Notes: a model not told the origin generated them from the sequence alone. Numbered from the stretch's first letter, positions 26,335-41,218 are shown. The stretch: DNA of 64,000 nucleotides from Mobula hypostoma (GCF_963921235.1 NC_086097.1:86864001-86928000); one strand, 5' to 3'. Numbers and translations: made by a program.

Positions 26335-27920
26335 TCAGATCTGCCCTGCGCAGAGTCAATGCGAGGAAAGCAGCTGGCCCAGATGGAGTCACTGGGAGGA
26401 TTCTTAAGGACTGCGCAGATCAACTAGCGGGAGTATTTACTACCATCTTCAACCTCTCGCTACTACAGTCTGTAGTCCCCACCTGCCCTAAGTCAGCCAC
26501 AATAATACCCATACCAAAGAAACGTGCAGTGAACTGCCTTAACGACTATCGCCCAGTTACTCTAACTCCTATCATCATGAAATGTTTTGAGAGACTCATA
26601 CTGTCTTATATTAAGTCTGCCATAACTGCTGACCTTGATAAATACCAGTTTGTGTATCGTGCAAACAGATCGACAGAGGATGCAGTCATCACAGCTCTCC
26701 ACACAGCCCTTACAAACCTGGAGCAGGATAACACCTATGTAAGAATGCTGTTTGTGGACTACAGCTCAGCTTTTAATACAGTCATCCCCCACAAACTGGT
26801 GCAAAGATTGAGCAACCTGGGCCTTGGCAGTTCACTGTGCTCATGGATACTGGATTTTCTGAGTAACAGACCCCAAAGTGTCAGGATGGGAGAACAGACA
26901 TCATCTACTCTCATCCTGAACACCGGTACACCACAGGGGTGTGTTCTCAGCCCCATCCTCTATTCTCTTTTCACCCATGACTGCTCTACCATTCACTCCA
27001 CCAACACCATTGTCAAATTTGCTGACGATACCACCCTAGTAGGTATCATATCAGACTATGATGAGACAGCCTATAGGGAGGAGGTAAAGCATTTGACAGA
27101 ATGGTGTTGTCACAATAACCTGGACTTGAACATCACAAAATCCAAGAAGCTGATAGTAGACTTCAGGAAATCAAAGCGCGTCGAGCACTCTGCTCTGCAC
27201 ATATACGGGAAAGAGGTGGAGAGAGTAGAGAGTTTCAAGTTCCTCGGCGTCCACATCTCGGCTGACCTCACCTGGACTGCCCATATCTCTTATCAGGTGG
27301 GGAAGGCCCAACAGAGGCTCTACTTCCTAAGGAAGCTAAAGCACGCTCTCCTCCCTCATCACCTGCTGATCAACTTCCATCGGACAACTATAGAGAGCCT
27401 CCTGACGTAATGCTGTGCAGTGTGGTTTGCCAGCTGCACAGAACAGAACAGGAGGGACTTGCAGTGGGTGGTGAGGGTAGCAGAGCGGGTTATTGGCACA
27501 ACATTACCCTCCCTCAGAGACATTTATACTGGCAGACTTCAAAAAAAGGCTACTTGTATTTCAAAGGATCCCACTCATCCTGGACATCACCTGTTTTCCC
27601 CTCTACCCTCTGGGAACATTAAGGAAGAATACAAAGGGACTCCGTAACAGCTTCTACCCACAAGCACTGAAATGTATAACTCCCCCTTCCCTTCTCCTGC
27701 CCCCCTCCTAAGACAGCGGCACCAAAATGCATCGCACTTCCAGGAATGGCAGGTGTGCAATAGTCCTACCCCCCCCCCACCCCCCCGTCTATATATTATT
27801 AATTTTGGACTGCACTCCTGAGGTTTTAGAGTTAATTTTACGTATATATTTTTTGTCATGCTGCAAAACGTTGAGCTGCTAGACTGTGTTTCATTGCACC
27901 ATAACAATGACAATAAAGAT
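26335..27920 (+). mobile_element. Second Rex1/Babar-like LINE family, 5'-truncated, nearly intact RT
   Basis: Open frame from [17 protein letters not shown] through KFADD to a TAA at 27408-27410, continuing in frame CCAVWFASC...HPGHHLFSPLPSG. AATAAA near 27912, then a pyrimidine-rich tail. Confidence 0.9.
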
Positions 27921-28069
27921 ATTCCCCTTCTTCTCCTCCTCTTCCATCTCCATCTTCTCCATCTCCATCATCAGGTGCTTTGCAATTAAGACTTTGGAGG
28001 GGAACGTAGAGTTTTGATGAAGTGAAGGTTGTAAGCAAACACATGGAAACAGAATCTTTTCTTGATATT

Positions 28070-28255
28070 AAACACAAGAAATACTGTAGATGCTGGCAAT
28101 CCAGAGTGATACACACGATATGCTGGAGAAATTTAGGAGGTCAGGCAGTATCTATGGAGAAGGATGAACAGTGGATGTCTCAAGGCGAGACTCTTCATCA
28201 GACTGGAAAGAAAGGAGGAAGAGGCCAGAGTACAAAGATGGGGGGAGGGAGGGGG
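28070..28255 (-). repeat. Degenerate Penelope pLTR fragment
   Basis: Similar to 50722-50880. Minus strand reads ctgatgaagagtctcgccttgagacatc. Confidence 0.55.
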
Positions 28256-28586
28256 CGAGAATGGATTCATTTGCAATTATGCCTTGATGCGTTTGGACAA
28301 ATCTAGAGGGATATTCAGAGAAATAGTATGACCAAATAGGTTTACAATAGAAAGATTATATTTATGCAGATATATAAGATATTATTTTGTGTATCATTTT
28401 ACTTCCAGGTATTCTGTCAAGGCTTCCATTCTAGAAATAAAGTTGTTGAGAACTTCATGTTTGAGGGGGGAGGGGAAGGTGTAAATTTGGATCTTTAATG
28501 GAGAAAGTCAGAAGTTGTACCTATGTCAGACCCTAAAGATGAAGTGACAGAATTAAAGAAATAAAACAATGTTATGGAACAAGTGA

Positions 28587-28907
<321 letters not shown>

Positions 28908-29044
28908 TAAATTTTTAACTTGTTAAAATACTTTTATTCAAGAAATAGAAACTCACTCAATGCATGTGGCCTAACTGGAAAAGTTTTTATTAATGGATAC
29001 AGGAATCAGAAAACAGAAAAGGCATCCCATTGGTGTTGACTGTA

Positions 29045-29222
29045 TTTATTTATGGAGATACAGTGTGGAATAGTCCTTTCCGGCCCTTTGAGCCACACTG
29101 CCCAGCAATCCCCGATTTAATTCAAGCCTAATCACAGGACAACTTACAATGACCAATTAATCTACCAACTGGTACGTCTTTGGACTGTGGGAGGAAACTG
29201 GAGCACCCAGATGAAACCCACG
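29045..29222 (-). mobile_element. V-SINE/HE1-like SINE fragment
   Basis: Central motif tctttggactgtgggaggaaactggagcaccc. Related pieces lie at ~30690-30960, ~59600-59770 and ~63220-63350. Confidence 0.6.
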
Positions 29223-29815
29223 TATAGTAGTAGTATGCAGCCGTCGTTCCCAGGGGTTCTTGGGTTTGTACCTCTGGTGGACTGTGTCTCTCCAGGGCGC
29301 AAGCCTCAGAAGGAAGATTTGAAGAACTGACTGTAGCTCATGCAGTGGGTTTACCATCTCTACATCACTGACGTTGGCCAAGGGAAAGGCAAGCGCTGAT
29401 ACAGTTCGGCACCAGTGTCGTCGCAGAGGTTGCCAGAGTAAAGTTGTAAACAGCATCAAACTGCTTTAGGGACCCCGGCTGCAGATTTACTCCCGAAGCC
29501 TTTCCCAAGGGTGGGCATTGCGGCAAGGCAGTGGAGGTTTAAAATCAAGTTTTCTTTCTCCTAGGCAGGCTGCTGTCCAAGCAAAGACGAGCCCCACCTG
29601 CCCAAATCAATTGGTTTTGAGTCGCCAGTGGTCCGCCTTTGCCCCTTCTCTTGTCAGTAGAAACAGTTCCACCAGGCCTAGTAGCTAAGCCACACGTGAA
29701 GGCCAAGAGTTGGACTTGGTTGTCAGAGGCTGTTGGAGTTGCAAACCACTTGGAGCACTTCATAGGTGGTGCGAGCTTATCCTCAGTACCACCCCTGGCT
29801 ATGACAACCTTAGGA
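29223..29815. mobile_element. Non-autonomous interspersed repeat, possibly RTE-related
   Basis: GC-rich segment starting with (tag)n that abruptly interrupts the SINE. Family assignment tentative. Confidence 0.35.
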
Positions 29816-30158
29816 AACTTAATATATGACATTAAAAATATGTAATACTGATGAGATAAAGTAATTACTAAACATGGAGAAAGGAAACTAGTTCTGCTGT
29901 TCATATAAACAAACATATGTATGTTTGACTTTTAAACTTAATATCATGGGAGCTTGTTTGTATGCACAGGTGCCCATAAGTTGGGTTATCTTAACTGAAA
30001 AATGGCCTGCATTGGGTTATCCACTGACTGTGACTAATTATGTTGCTCCTGTCTGCACTTACCAGTATGGTGCTTCTTGCAAATGGGTGTCATGATCTCC
30101 TTTAATAAAAATTTCAAGTAACCATAAATTCTAACACGTTTTTAACTGTTCTGTTCAG

Positions 30159-30358
30159 GCTATGGAAAGGATGTGGTGCTGGTTGTAACAGTGGTGGAAA
30201 TATTGAGGATTCTGATGTGGGAGGAGTCTCCACTGCCAGTAATAATGTGACTGCTAATGAGTCCCAAAGTAGTACTTCCCATGGAGGCTCTGGACCAGTT
30301 GGATATGGATCTGGAGCAGGTCTTCAGCCGCCAGTTACATCTAACCCTCCCGTACTGG
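30159..30358 (+). CDS. pcnx1: Pecanex-1 coding exon H
   Basis: ctgttcag|g LWKGCGAGCNSGGNIEDSDVGGVSTAS...GLQPPVTSNPPVL g|gtaag. 200 nt, phase 2/1. Matches the PCNX1-type low-complexity tail. Confidence 0.92.
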
Positions 30359-31720
30359 GTAAGGATACGGTGGTCTGTAATATATTACGCTTCTTTTAAA
30401 GTCGTTCATAATTGTAATCAAAGCCCCATCAGTAAAAGCATACGTTCAGTGAGTCCAATATTAACATTATTGACAGTGATAGGGAATTCAGTTTCCTTAT
30501 AGCCAATCGTAGATGGTTTAAGCAGGGATCTGTCAGAAGAAAGCAAACACTGGGTGTTTTTAAGGATTGTTACACTACAGTGGAATGTCAGAGGCCGATG
30601 TTACTTGACATAGTAAAAAATATCTATGGCAGAAATGAAACAGTTCTGCCTTGTTGTTCTGCTAGCTGATCCTTTAACTTATAACAACGCAGGGCACCAT
30701 TCAGCCCATCAAATCCACACAGCTCTCAGGGAAGCAATCTCATTAGTTCTGTTCCCTCTCTCCTTTATTTTGCCCTTGTATCCCTGAAAATCATTCTCTC
30801 AAACATACCCGTCAATTTCCCATTGATACTTTTCACTATTAATTACACTACGAGGGATTTAAATATGCCCACTGACATGTCTTTGAGATGTGGGGATATG
30901 CAAGCTCTGCATAGCAGCTAAGGTCAAGATTGAACCGGAGTCCCAGCAGTTGTGAGACCTTAATCAGGCGTAATGTTTTCAATGGAGACTGATTTTACTG
31001 AGCTAGGATGCTTCGCATGTTTCAAATATAACTTTTCAACTTGGGTTGTAACTCTTTGACAGCAGTCTCTACTGAGACAACCTCTTTGTAGTTCTATCAA
31101 AACCTGGGATTAGCCTAACATTTTATACTCTCGTTCCATTAAAGATTTCCAATGTTTTCTTTGGGGCAAGCAGGAAATTTGTTTCATTTTGAAAGTAAAT
31201 AAAGCCATTAAAGGCAGCCCTGTGATTACAAGAAGATTCTGTTCCTGAGAACGGTTCATAATTTTGTTTTAATGAATGGAAACAGTATGACAAGAGAATG
31301 AGCAGTCATGGGAAAAATGGGGCTGCCAGCCAACCCAAGTCAATGAGTGTGTTCAGTGCTCCCATCTTTGCTTAGTTTGACTCTCAGCCCCCAAAGTTGC
31401 AGTAGGTGGATGGAATGACACAGAAATGTCCAGGTTCCTCCTGGCAGTAGATTGCTGCGACCCTACAGAAGCAGGCAAATCCATCCCCATCCATCCTACT
31501 GGTCTACCAAATGTGTGTTTGTATGTACCGATGGCCATAAGTTTGGCATTCATAACCTGGGCAAGATGTAAATGTGATCTTCTGATCATCTATTTGGCAG
31601 CCTTATTATTATCACATTTCAGGTTATTCATAACCATACAGGAATGTGAATTAAGACACTATTCCAGCTTGAGAATTCTTTGAAGTTATTTACTTCTAGA
31701 GTACTTATGAAAGATAGTAA

Positions 31721-32308
<588 letters not shown>

Positions 32309-33199
32309 TAATTATTGTTGTGTTCTTCTGTTTGAATCTTGGAGTTCACCCATAAAACAATACTGAGTCAGTGTGAGCTGTGGAGCTTGGATCCAACTGA
32401 AAAGACTCAAAACAGTTTTGTTTAGTTTGAGTGTGTACTTACTTGTTTGTTGAGAGTCCAAAGGCTGGAAAGGGCTGTCTTTTGCATTATTAGCCTTTTA
32501 ACAAATTCAAGTTAGTACATCTATTATAACTGCAACTTGATATTAATGAGAACATATATTCAGTGTGTCCATAAAGCTCCATAAAATATCCTTTAAAAAT
32601 CTCAGAGTAAAGGTGTAAGCTATACCTAGTATAGGGTACATCAAGATCTACCTCAATATTATACTCTCTTTCTATCTCTTCTAATTTGGGTAAATTTGCA
32701 ACTTATCACAGGGCCTTCTGTGACTGAATTAGTATCTCTTCCTCTGTTTTGCTTTAGTCTAACTATTTATGCTGGAGTTTCTATCTGATTAGTTGGTGAT
32801 ATTATATGTTGGGGAGCAGAGAGAGAGAGAGAGAAAGAAAGAGCATAGCAGTATACTGAAAAGATTTGTCTAAGCTATACTGTTGGTTTAGAGTATAGGT
32901 GTACAATTTGTTTACCTATTCAGCTAAAACACTTCTTATTCTTTTACTTTCATGACTTGGGTTTTATATGTATCTCGGACTTCTTAAAAATTGTATCTGA
33001 AAGAGCTGGTTTTATTTCAGAGTATTACAAGTACATAACATACTGTAAAATGTATGGTTTGCATTAACAACCAACACAGCCTAAAAGGATGTGCTGGGAG
33101 CATCCCACAAGTGGTGCCAACACAGCATGGCCACAATTGTTCTGCAGAATAGCACAGCCAACAACAACTACCCCAACGAAACAAAATAAAACAACAGCA

Positions 33200-33323
33200 A
33201 ATAAGAGAAAATCTACAGATGCTGGAAATCCAAGCAACACACACAAAATGCTGGAGGAACTCAGCAGGCCAGGCAGCATCTATGGAAATGAGCACAGTCG
33301 ACATTTCAGCCTGAGACCCTTCC
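33200..33323 (-). repeat. Penelope pLTR fragment, truncated within the hammerhead
   Basis: agaaaatctacagatgctggaaatcc...cagtcgacatttcagcctgagacccttc, matching the 4405 and 50722 copies. Confidence 0.7.
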
Positions 33324-33999
33324 TACAGTTGACATTTCAATTCCTTGAAATGATCTCTAATTGATATTATGCTACATTTTACAATGTAGACAAACACTTG
33401 AAACTGAATCATGTCTTAAAGCAGATACAATTTGGATGGTATAATGGTTTATTCATTTTTATGTAAACTTTGTAAAATATCAGGGAAACAAACCTTAACT
33501 GTTTGTGAAAGAGTCAGAATTAAATTCATAAATGGAGTGTATTACTTGTGACTGGACTCTGAACTATTCTTAAATCAATCAGCTCCTATAGAGCTCATTG
33601 TGAATCATTGCCAAAATTTAAATTCCCAAGGCTTCATTCATTATTTTGTTGAACTTGTATCAAATAATTACTAAAAGAAGCAGAAGATAGCCTCTCAAAG
33701 TAATAGGTCTGTGTTCTGTCTGGTACCCCTTTCAGCCATTTCCGTAGACGGGAACTGTTGTTTGATGGTGAACCATAGAAGTTTTTCTACTGAGAGCTGC
33801 TGCAACTGGATTCAACAGTGGGATAAAGTTAAAAAGCTACTTTTATTTTAATCAAGTCCAAGAATCCCTGCCAGCAGCAGGGTCTCTTCATTTTTTTTTG
33901 CCATTTGAACATTGTACTAAAAGTGGAATCTGGCAGCCAGTGTCCTACAAGGTCACGTCCAGCACTCATCTGTACATTGTGCAACCCAGTTAAAGTAAA

Positions 34000-34182
34000 G
34001 GTGGCAAAGTGGTGCAGCTAGTTAAGCAGCTGCCTCACAGCAGGAGTACTATCCTGGCCTTGGGTGCTGTCTGTGGGGTTTGTACATTCATCCTTAGGCC
34101 ATGTTGTTAGACCACTGTGTTCTTCCCATATCCCAAAGATGTGCAAGTTGGTAGGTTAATTAGCCACTTTAAATTGTTCCTC
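34000..34182 (+). mobile_element. tRNA-derived V-SINE/HE1-like SINE, degenerate
   Basis: Head gtggtgcagctagtt..gctgcctcacag and core ttcttcccatatcccaaagatgtgcaagttggtaggttaattagcc. Confidence 0.6.
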
Positions 34183-34187
34183 ATGAC

Positions 34188-34422
34188 TGAATCAGAATCA
34201 GGTTTATTATCACTGGCTTGTGACCTGAAATTTGTTAACTTAGCAGCAGCAGTTCAATGCAATGCATAATATAGAAGAGAAAATAATAATAATAAATAAA
34301 ATTGAAATAATAATTAATAAGTAATTCAATTACAGTATGCGTATATTGAATAGATTTTAAAAGTGCAAAAATACAGAAATACTGTATATTTAAAAAGCGA
34401 GATAGTGTCCAAGGGTTCAATG
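34188..34422 (-). mobile_element. Rex1-like 3' UTR fragment, same family as 13456-14126
   Basis: Reverse complement of 13890-14126 (ttgaactgctgctgctaagttaacaaatttca...ctgattctga). Confidence 0.8.
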
Positions 34423-35457
34423 GAGAATAAAAATAATTAATATAGAATAAGTGTATTTGGGTGGTTGATGGTTGGCACAAACTTGGTGAGATGAAGTTCC
34501 CATTTCTGTGCTGCATGAGTATGTGACTTTGTCACTTTCCACCTGCTGCCCACCAGTTTAGTTCTCATCTGGTGATTTCATGCATCATGGACGTGAATTC
34601 CTGGATGAGGGTTCTAGAGTGTTTAGACGTTGTATGCTGTCTTCCCACATTTTCTAATTGCAAGCAGATCTATCCTTCAGATAATTTCAAGCTAGCCATA
34701 CTAAGGTCCAAAACCAGCATAAGCCTTTTCTTATGTCCCATGAACAGCATAATGCTCTTGAGTGAGTTGATTTGTCATGAGATAAAGTATATCACACACA
34801 AGTCTTATGTTTTGTAACTCCAAAGGGTAAAATGAGTCTACCTTGTTTTTACTTTTTAGCGAGGCATGCATGGTGACATAATGACATATGCCAATCACAT
34901 ACTTTTACATATAACCCCATAATGATCTATGTAAACAACATAGAATGCTTAATCAAACCATATATTTACAGTATTACTCAAATATTACTGAAATATTAAA
35001 TACATAAAAACAAGCAATATTTTGTCCACTGCATCCAGGAAAATATTAAATTCTGGTGAATTGTCAATAGTCATTAAATTAAATCTTATGAATTGTAGAT
35101 TTTGTGAAGTTTAATTCTGTTGACATTGATTTGTTTTACTTCCAAGAAAATTGTTTTATATTTCACACATCACAAATCATAATTGCGTAGCACAGAGAGC
35201 TGCTGAGCTGCATTCTGTGCCGTAGTCATTGGGTAGTGTGTCTTAATGATTTAAAACACAGTATGCTTTGGAATTTTAGTGAACAAAGTAAATACTAACA
35301 AAATGCATATCTGTGCTGACGGCTGGAAACCACAGCAAATATTAAAATTTAGCCTATTCGAAATCAGCATAAAATTTAGAATGAAATATTCTCATGAATA
35401 CATACTCAGTGAAATCCTAAATGCTATGAAGCCACTTACAATGGAAGATCCTAATAA

Positions 35458-35778
<321 letters not shown>

Positions 35779-35984
35779 TGAAGCACCAAGATTGCAATCA
35801 CAGTCAGAGGCCAGAATGAATATTTTTTGAAAGATTTAGTACAGAGCAGGACAGTGAGGTTGAGATATAATCTGACATTTGTAGAAAGGCTGAGGCAGCA
35901 GTCTAGTATAGCTAAATAAGAATGGGCAATTACTAATAAAAAGATTTGAGACTTTATTGGAACAATACATCGTGGAACCAACTG

Positions 35985-36826
35985 AAGGTTCAAAGGAACA
36001 TCTAAACAAGCCTTGATGCATTTTGGAAACAAGTTCTTGGACTGATGAAGTTAAAATAGAACTTTTTGGCTGCAGTGAGCAAAGGTATGTTTGAAGAAAA
36101 AAGGATGCAGAATTTCATGAAAAGAACCCCTCTCCAACTGTTAAGCACCGGGGTTTTTCGATCATGCTTTGGGCTTGTGTTGCAGCCAGTGGCATGGGAA
36201 ACATTTCACTGGTAGAGCGAAGAATGAATTCAATTAAATACCAGCAAATTCTGGAAGCAAACATCACACCATCTGTAAAAAAAAAGCCGAAGATGAAAAG
36301 AGGATGGCTTCTACAACAGCATAATGAACCTAAACACACCTCAAAATCCACAATGGACTACCTCAAGAGGCGCAAGCTGAAGGTTTTGCCATGGCCCTCA
36401 CAGCCCCCTGACCTAAACATCATCGAGAATCTGTTGATAGACCTCAAAAGAGCAGTGCATGCAAGACGGCCCAAGAATCTCACAGAACTAGAAGCCTTTT
36501 GCAAGGAAGAATGGGCAAAGATCCTCCAAACAAGAATTGAAAGACTCTTAGCTGGCTACAGAAAGCATTTGCAAGCTGTGATACTTGCTAAAGGGGGTGT
36601 TACTAAGTACTGACCATGCAGGGTACCCAAATATTTGCTTTGGGCCCTTTTCCTTTTTTGTTATTTTGAAACTGTAAAAGATGGAAATAAAGAAGTTTTC
36701 TTGCTTAAAATATTGAAGAAATGTGTCAGCTTTAACTTTATGCCCTTTGGAAATCAGGTCATCTTTTACTCACTTAGCTATTCACAGTAACAGAAATTTT
36801 GACAGAAACTTTCGTATGGCACTCTG
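35985..36826 (+). mobile_element. Tc1 transposon, 5'-truncated, defective
   Basis: WTDEVKIELFG and ORF 36164-36613 with QQHNEPKH...WPSQPPDLNIIE (34-residue spacing, second D mutated to H). Right TIR remnant ~36620-36826 followed by (TG)n. Confidence 0.88.
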
Positions 36827-39245
36827 TGTGTGTGTGTGTGTGTGTATTTATATATTGCTTCAAAGAAAAAAAAAATTCATGACATATGCCAGTGATATTA
36901 AATGATATTCTGATTCTGGAACAGTGTTAGATGACTAAAGGACAATAAATTTAAGATTACTATTGAAAAACAGGATGATAGAAAACTGAAAATGATAGAT
37001 GTTACATTCAAAGCAGTTGTAAAGATAATGTTGCAATCTATAAGTACAAGTACAGAGTACATTTATTATCACAGTACATATGCAGATAACATCCCTGGGA
37101 TTCGTCTTCCCACAGATGGCCATGAAACAAAGAAAGACCATGGAATCTATTCAAAGAAAACATCAAAAACCAATGTGCAGAAAAAAGCAACAGATCATGC
37201 AAACAGCAAAAAATGAGCCCAAAAAAACGCAATATAAAACATCAAACCACAAAGTCTTTGAAACAGTTCAGTTCAATTTAGTGCTGTGTCATCATTGACT
37301 GCAGGTTGCAGAGCCAGGCCGCCATGATCAAAACGCACAAAATAGCAATTTAAAAGAAGGAGTAATTAGAAACACATCATAACATGAACTACAGAGACCA
37401 ATCAACAAACTGCATCGATTAAACCATCAAGTGAGAGGCAGTGTGAGACCGGTCAAACACAAACATCTTCCACCGGGAGCAGTGAGCTAGAGCGAGAGAG
37501 AAGACCAATCAAATGCAGACATGCGGCACTCTACCCCTGCTCGCCTTCTACTCTCGTCCATGTAGACTTCATTCTTGCTCAACACTTTCAGCGGTGAGAT
37601 TGGTGAGAAATGGAGTTTTTCATGGGCCCACACCCCATCTCTAGGCTTCTTGGCCTCCAAGCTGCACACTCTGCTCGAAACCTCACTGAACTCTCTCAGA
37701 GGCAGCAAAGCGCCTGATTGCTCAGTCGGACCAAAAACACACCGTCAAAATGTAAATCACAGGTTCCAATAGTAACAGAATCATATTTGAAAGAAGTAAA
37801 AGAAGTAGTTTTGTGAATTGTCTTCAGCATCCAGCAGCGTCATCTAGAAATCATTCTTAGTGTCTGTAGAAAGAATATTGAGATTAACAAGATTAAATCA
37901 TTTTTGAGGAGATTATCATCAGATGTAGTGCAATTGGATTTTCAAAAGCATTTGATAGAGGTTTTCAAAAATGGTTGGGATCATTTATAGACTTTCTGAT
38001 AATAAATAATTGAAAAAAATTAAGTGTAAAGAAGGTACAATATCTACAAAGATTAAGGAAGCAGCCAAGAAGCTATCATATGGTATCTAATAATAAGGAT
38101 ACTAACTTTGCAGGAAGAAAAAGCTATTTTTCTGTGATGGGAAACTAGCAAATGTAATTGTACATGGGTTCCCACTTAGTGCTACCATTAAGCAATGGTT
38201 AATTACAGTGCTCTTCATCCTCTCATCTGAACAGTCACAGATACATGTCCCCATACACTTTTAACAAAGGGCATCCACTGGATTTGCATGCTATAGTTTA
38301 ATCTGTCATAATCGCTGCCCTCTGCTACCACTCTCCTGCCAAGTATTACCCACACTTAGTGTGAAGTAATGTTGGGTCAGCTGGGGTGAGTGGCTGCTCA
38401 GATGCATGGTGAATACAGACCACCCAGATCCTACAGTCCAACTGTTTTGTTGGAAATCAGTTTCATTTTCTATGGCTGGCAATTTCTCTTTGGTAACTAG
38501 TTCAATGGAGAGGAAGAGATAGCAGCTTCCATCACATGCAATAAAATGGTCTGGGCACACAGTCACAAGTCTTCACTGGGAGCCGTTTCACACACAACTC
38601 ATTGTTGGGAGAACACAAGCACATACAGACATTCGCATCATGTTTCTGGTAGGTAGCAAGAAAGTCAGCCTCTTCACATTAAACAGTGGCTGATTTGTTA
38701 TTGTAGGAGCACCAATTGAAGGCAATGGTTCACACTGTATTTAAAAAAAGCTGCTGCAATAGCCCCATTGTATTGATTCCATTAGCACCATCATCCCACA
38801 AATGTATTCTGCATGCTAACTGAGATACCAGAATGTAGGGCATTTAAATTGCTGAAAGAAAATTTGTAGAAACAGCAAGCATTTAGTAAATATTTGTTTC
38901 TGTAAGGCACAAATAGAAACAGGTGTAGGCTTCCTAGCCCTACAGCCTGCTGAACCTCTGCCTCAAATCCACTTTCCCAGCTAATGCCCTCGATTTACAA
39001 AACTCTTGCAATTTCAGCCTTGAAATGTACTAAAATGCTGAATAACTGCAACCTGCTAAGGTAGCATATTCCAGAGGTTTACAATCCTTACGGAGAAGAA
39101 ATTTCTCCTTGCCTCAGTGCTAATTGAATCACTCATTATTCTGAATGAAGCTAGGCCCATTCAATACTCTCCAGTTAGAAGAGACAACAACCTGGAACCT
39201 ACCCTATCAGGCCTTCTCAAATAATGATTGTTTATTCTTTTACAG

Positions 39246-39325
39246 CAAGGGTTCCCAACCTGGGGTCCACGGAACCCTTGCTTAATGGTATTGGTCCATG
39301 TCATAAAAAAGGTTGGGAGCCCCTG
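39246..39325. mobile_element. 80-bp hAT MITE (family of 1364-1433)
   Basis: TIR caagggttcccaacct / aggttgggagcccctg. TSD ttttacag/ttctacag. Confidence 0.82.
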
Positions 39326-39383
39326 TTCTACAGTATGAATAAGCCAATGAATTGACAACTGGATTCTATTTCTGCTCCTAGAA

Positions 39384-39505
39384 CAGGGGTTCCCAAACCT
39401 TTTTATGCCATGGACCCCTACCATTAAATGAGGGATCCATGGTGTCAATTGATCTTTCATTTAATGGTAGTGGGTCCATAACATAAAAAAGGTTGGGAAC
39501 CCCTG
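39384..39505. mobile_element. 122-bp palindromic hAT MITE variant
   Basis: TIR caggggttccca / tgggaacccctg. Perfect TSD TCCTAGAA (39376-39383, 39506-39513). The two halves are reverse complements. Confidence 0.88.
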
Positions 39506-40555
39506 TCCTAGAATATCCTCCCCATTTCCTTAATATTACACTGATGTACCAGCATTGAAACTTTTCCAGAACAGGATTAGAAATCAATCTTGTGATTCCA
39601 AAATAAGTATTTCTATTGACCTGTTGAGTTGTGGGTTTCCAACCTCAGGTGGTAGATAAATGAGAGCAAATCTCCCTGAACTGTCTTATCAATGCTGCCA
39701 GCATTTAGACCTGATTATTTTAAAAACTCACTGCAATCTCTTTTGTTAGAAGTTTCATTCCTGTGATTTTTCAGATTTAGGGTTGTTTCTTATGATTTGT
39801 CCCTCTTTCTGTTAATTCAAAATCACTTGACGGATACCTGCCAACTTTGATAACTTAAGAACACGGGACATTGTATGGTGAAAATTGGCTGCTCTAGCAT
39901 GTGCAGGTTTTTCCACTGAGCTTCAATTTGTGTCACTATTATTTACATCTCCTCATTTCTGCAATCATACTGCAAGTACTTACTAGAAGAGAGTATACAA
40001 TAACTGAGCCACTGTAGAAGGAGATGATAGGTCAGGATTACAAAGGTTCCCTGGGATGTTGTTTTGTTGCACAATATAGGTCAGATTAATTCTGAAGCCT
40101 GTGCCTTGATCTAGGTCTAAGTGTTAATGCTTATGTAAGAAAAACTATTGAGCATTAAACATCTAGTAACGTTTTCATGATGAGAAAGAAAAGAAATGAT
40201 TTGATTTTCTGTTAAGTCTACGGCTAATTTCAAAGTGGGCGCAATAGGATAGTTGTCCATCATCATCATCATCGTTATATTATGTGGACGTTCATGGTCT
40301 ATGACCATGATTGTTCTTGGCAAATTTTTCTACAGAAGGGGTTTGCCATTGCTTTCTCCTAGGCAGTGTCTTTACAAGACGGCTGTGACCCCAGCCATTA
40401 TCAATACTCTTCAGAGATTGTCTGCCTGACGTCAGTGATAACCAGGACTTGTGATATACACCAGTTGTTCATATGACCATCTACCATCTGCTCCCTTGGC
40501 TTCACATGACCCAAAACCAGGTTGGGGGTGCGGGGGAGGCTAAGCAGGTGCTACA

Positions 40556-40964
40556 GGTCTTTATTCTTTGGAGCGCAGAAGGTTGAGGGGGGACTTGATA
40601 GAGGTGTTTAAAATTATGAGGGGGATTGATGGAGTTGATGTGGATAGGCTTTTTCCATTGAGAATGGGGGAAGATTTAAACAAGAGGACATGAGTTGAGA
40701 GTTAAAGGGCAAAAGTTTAGGAGTAACATGAGGGGGAATTTCTTTACTCAGTGAGTGGTAGCTGTGTGGAACGAGCTTCCAGCAGAAGTGGTTGAGGCAG
40801 GTTTGATGTTGTCGTTTAAAGTTAAATTGGATACGTATATGGACAGGAAAGGAATGGAGGGTTATGGGCTGAGTGCAAGTCGGTGGGACTAGGTGAGAGT
40901 AAGAGTTCGGCACGGACTAGAAGGGCCGAGATGGCCTGTTTCCGTGCTGTAATGGTTATATGGT
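40556..40964 (+). mobile_element. CR1 3' fragment nested in a minus-strand SINE-like repeat (~40257-41050)
   Basis: LYSLERRRLRGDLIEVFKIMRG... with a (tggtta)n-type tail. Host reads gctaagcaggtgctaca|...|ccttgtccaagggtgacc, with taca on both sides. Host has a (cat)n tail at 40258-40272. Confidence 0.75.
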
Positions 40965-41218
40965 TACACCTTGTCCAAGGGTGACCAACAGGCTAGCAGA
41001 GAGGAGTGCCTTACATGTCCTTTTGTAGAGACGTTATTTCCACTCCACCATCCTGATAGATGTCCACTGATTATTGAAAAAGCACAACATGGAGAAGTAG
41101 AAAAAAATCTAAACATGGTCTTCAATTGTATATTGAATTAATAAAGTATATTATAGAAATAAAAAACATTGCATTGTATTGATTTTTATGAAATGTTTAC
41201 TATTTCATATTTTCTTAA

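Noticed and set aside
34000..34070. tRNA gene
   Set aside because: Degenerate tRNA-derived SINE head with no cloverleaf, continuing into SINE core sequence.
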